This document shows positions 61,233 to 64,000 of a DNA stretch of 64,000 nucleotides, piece after piece; positions within the stretch are counted from its first letter, which is position 1, and each line of letters starts with the position of its first letter. The notes under the pieces are model-generated. The model was not told the origin of the DNA, made no database searches, and saw only the letters and a list, made by a program, of their open reading frames with translations. This DNA is from an uncultured delta proteobacterium (GTDB lineage Bacteria > Desulfobacterota > Desulfomonilia > UBA1062), in NCBI GenBank assembly GCA_963798485.1, contig CAWCTR010000007.1:416001-480000 (forward strand). Reading direction: 5' to 3'. Made by a program: the position numbers and the translations under genes.

Positions 61233-61248
61233 TGCAATGGAGATGCCA
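61233..61248 (-). promoter_or_regulatory. sigma54 (-24/-12) promoter
   Basis: Minus strand TGGCATCTCCATTGCA = GG-N10-GC. Confidence 0.7.
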
Positions 61249-61371
61249 AGGACTGTATTCGATCAACCATTTGATTATACGAATGAAAAAAACATAATGC
61301 CCTAAGCATACTTTTCACTGTAGGAAAAGTTATTCCTATTTATATGCAACGGAGTTCTCAATTATTATGTA

Positions 61372-62205
61372 TTATGGATTGAGGCCCTTGAGAAAGATCG
61401 TAAGGAGTTCCTTGTCAAGGCCATAGTCCCCTAACGAGAATCCATTCCTGTAAAGACCATGAAAATCCGTGCCACCGGTGACCATCAGTCCCAGCCTTGA
61501 TGCAAGGCTTGCATAGCGTTCTGTCTGCTCAGGGGTGTGATCCGGGTAATAGACCTCCACCCCGGCAAGGCCTGCCTCTTTAAGGCCTTTGATAAATCCT
61601 TCCGCCTCTTTGGTGCTCAGGGAAAGGGTGTTGGGGTGGGCGAGCACAGGCAGTCCGCCATAACGTATGATAAGAGATATGGCCTTTTCCCAGGTCATCT
61701 TTTCCTTGGGCACATAGGCCTTTTTGCCTTTGGCGAGGTACTCATCGAATGCCTCATCAAAGGAGCGAACGTACCCTTTCTTGAGCATGGCCTTGGCAAT
61801 GTGGGGCCTGCCCACCTGCGCCTGGCCGGCCTCGGCCATGACATCTTTTTCGGTAAGCATGCAACCCAGCGCATTCAATCTTTCAATGACCTTTGGTATC
61901 CGTTCTTTGCGGGCCGTCTGCACCTCTTTCAGGGCGATCTCAAGACCATCTGGATAGGCAGGGAAATATCCCAGGAGGTGAAGCATGCCTGGGTCGTATT
62001 CAGCGCTGATCTCAACACCTGCGATTACCTTCAGGCCGTGTTTGTGTATGGAGTTCAATGCATAGGGTACCCCTGAGATGGTATCATGATCGGTCAGGGC
62101 TATGGCAGCAAGTCCTATGGAGGTTGCCTGTTTTACAAGCAGCTCAGGGCTCAGATCACCATCGGATGCATTCGAGTGGATATGGAGATCGGCACATATC
62201 TGCAA
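61372..62205 (-). CDS. PHP-domain phosphoesterase (TrpH/YciV-like)
   Basis: DLHIHS..SDG, LTDHDT, GVEIS, AHP, GGTDFHG. Confidence 0.92.
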   Translation of the reverse strand: MQICADLHIHSNASDGDLSPELLVKQATSIGLAAIALTDHDTISGVPYALNSIHKHGLKVIAGVEISAEYDPGMLHLLGYFPAYPDGLEIALKEVQTARKERIPKVIERLNALGCMLTEKDVMAEAGQAQVGRPHIAKAMLKKGYVRSFDEAFDEYLAKGKKAYVPKEKMTWEKAISLIIRYGGLPVLAHPNTLSLSTKEAEGFIKGLKEAGLAGVEVYYPDHTPEQTERYASLASRLGLMVTGGTDFHGLYRNGFSLGDYGLDKELLTIFLKGLNP

Positions 62206-62216
62206 GGCTTATTCTT

Positions 62217-62582
62217 TCATATGGGGACAGTAGTCTCCAGGACTTGTGCAATCTTTTTTTTAAGCTCGGTAAGGTCCGAGGACTTAACGACATATGCATC
62301 TGCGGCTATGGACTTGATGTCCACCTTGTAACTTCCATAGGCGCTGCAGAGGATTACCGGGAGGTTATAGAACTTGTTCCGGATTTCCTGGAGGACATCC
62401 AGGCCGTTACTGGAGACCATCTTGATGTCGAGGATGATAACATCGGGTTCTTCTTTCTCAATGCGCTCCAGTATCCCTAAACCGTCGGAGGCTACTGCCA
62501 CTTCATAGCCATCCTCCTCCAGTTCTTCTGCATAGAGCATCCTGATGTGCTTCTCGTCATCGACAATCAATACCTTTGGCAT
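62217..62582 (-). CDS. Single-domain response regulator
   Basis: VLIVDDE, ILDIKM, VVKS; AGGAG RBS before ATG 62582. Confidence 0.9.
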   Translation of the reverse strand: MPKVLIVDDEKHIRMLYAEELEEDGYEVAVASDGLGILERIEKEEPDVIILDIKMVSSNGLDVLQEIRNKFYNLPVILCSAYGSYKVDIKSIAADAYVVKSSDLTELKKKIAQVLETTVPI

Positions 62583-62596
62583 CGAGAGCTCCTTTC

Positions 62597-63814
62597 CTAT
62601 TGGCCCCACCGGTAAGTGAGATATGGCTTGCTCTGCTCGAACACGATGCACATGTCTTCCAGATATTCCTCTGCCTGCTGATGGGACATCCCCTCGGTCT
62701 TGTTCACGAACGACAGGGTCATGCCGTAGTACAGAGGCACGAGGACATCGATGAGCTTGCCACGGTCAAGGGACTTCTTGTGGTAGCTGATGGCGCAGTC
62801 GAAGAGGATCCGTGCCCATACAGCCACAGGCATCTCGAAGTGATCGATGTCGAGCGATGCGATCTCCCTGATCTTCTGTATATTCTCGGTGGAGAAGATG
62901 GACCTGTAGACATCCCAGTGATTGTTGAACCCCTCCCGGAATTTTATGTAGAGCTTGTCTCTGCTCACCTTGATGGCAGGGGGGGCCTCCACGTCTCCTA
63001 TCCCGAATCCGAAGATGGCTGTGGGCTTGCTCCATTTGGTTGAAGCCCACTTGTCATGAAATGCACCCATGAGATTGAAAATGGTAATGACCATCTGGCG
63101 GAACATGGTGCCCACATCAAGGGCAGGGTCCCTCGGTTTGGTGATCTTGGGCTTGCCCAAAAAGGCCTGGCAGATGGGGATGCCCTCATTCATGGCAATG
63201 GTGGTCATCCAGATATCTATGCCGAACTGGCTCACGTTCTCATCCCACAGATGACTTTTCAGCAGCAGGCCGGCCATTTTATTTGAAAGGCCGAAGTCTC
63301 CCCCGATGGGTTGCCTCACCCTCCTGCCGTACAGGCTCCGGGTGAGCGGATAGGCGATGTTATTGGTAAGCGTGCCATCGTATTTATGGCGCACATAGAG
63401 CGGGGCCACAAAGGCGAAGTCTTTAAAGAGGGGCTCTGCAAGGTTTTTAATCCACATGGGGGTAACGCTCTTGAGGCTTGCATCAATGATGACCGCGGCC
63501 TTGGCATCCATCTCCATGACCTTTCTGAACAGGTTCTTCAGGTTGGTCCCCCGGCCCCTGATCCCCCGGGGGGTGGAGACATACATCTTGGGGATGCCGT
63601 GCGAGGGTGCATTCATGAAGGTCTGGCCGGTCTTGTCGGTACTGCAGTTATCACAGTTGATGATAACCGAAGTCATGTGCGGGAAGTATTCCTTCAACCC
63701 CAGAGAGGCCTGCTCGAGGGGGTATGCGATATTGGCGGCCTCGTTGTAGGACGGGATACCTACGATAATGTCGGCCTTTGTGATCCCGCCCGGGTTGTCC
63801 TCCTGAAACATCAT
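62597..63814 (-). CDS. GT-A glycosyltransferase, glucosyl/mannosylglycerate synthase-like
   Basis: VGIPSYNE, Y.RHKYDGTLTN, RQPIGGDFG, GIDIWMTT. Confidence 0.8.
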   Translation of the reverse strand: MMFQEDNPGGITKADIIVGIPSYNEAANIAYPLEQASLGLKEYFPHMTSVIINCDNCSTDKTGQTFMNAPSHGIPKMYVSTPRGIRGRGTNLKNLFRKVMEMDAKAAVIIDASLKSVTPMWIKNLAEPLFKDFAFVAPLYVRHKYDGTLTNNIAYPLTRSLYGRRVRQPIGGDFGLSNKMAGLLLKSHLWDENVSQFGIDIWMTTIAMNEGIPICQAFLGKPKITKPRDPALDVGTMFRQMVITIFNLMGAFHDKWASTKWSKPTAIFGFGIGDVEAPPAIKVSRDKLYIKFREGFNNHWDVYRSIFSTENIQKIREIASLDIDHFEMPVAVWARILFDCAISYHKKSLDRGKLIDVLVPLYYGMTLSFVNKTEGMSHQQAEEYLEDMCIVFEQSKPYLTYRWGQ

Positions 63815-64000
63815 CCCATCTCTCCAGATAATAAGTATGCTGCCAACAGACATTTATACTCTGATATTTTGAAGGGAGTGGCAATAGAAAAATACGGGAT
63901 TTGTGGGCATTCAGAGATGATAATTCAGGCTCAAGGTTTTAAAAAGGCATTCATGCAAACGTATAATACCTTAAGCCGTAACTGAACACCATGAGACTTG

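Noticed and set aside
61174-61305. 43-aa + strand ORF after AAGGAGGAGG
   Set aside because: SD-to-ATG spacing is very short, no motif or promoter is evident, and the opposite-strand RNA reading fits better. Not fully excluded.

Overview
64-kb chromosomal segment, most likely from a deltaproteobacterial-type (Desulfobacterota-like) anaerobe; this is inferred from gene content. In order it holds: a metal-uptake cluster (ZnuA-like lipoprotein, Cys-rich mini-protein, YcgR/YcgQ-type permease pair); amidase and deacetylase genes; a three-gene Zorya anti-phage locus (zorA-zorB-zorC) with no zorD/zorE effector and an apparently C-terminally shortened ZorC; the core run rpsA-sppA-guaB-dnaE-accA followed by a sigma54-preceded unknown gene and pilD; the hpt to mltG operon with two response regulators; a visibly AT-rich LPS/surface-glycan region carrying an internally deleted IS5 remnant, TA modules and gene scraps; a radical SAM-GT9 pair; a divergent nrpR/glutamate-synthase pair with tandem GGCAA-N4-TTGCC palindromes; a frameshifted abfD; a two-component system; hisF; acyl-CoA dehydrogenase; and glycosyltransferases. 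Two intergenic elements have a hairpin / anti-Shine-Dalgarno / hairpin sRNA architecture, one of them behind a canonical sigma54 promoter. No rRNA, tRNA or CRISPR array was seen. All calls come from motif recognition by eye; no database search was run. Two single-base frameshifts (sppA, abfD) suggest the sequence may contain indel errors.
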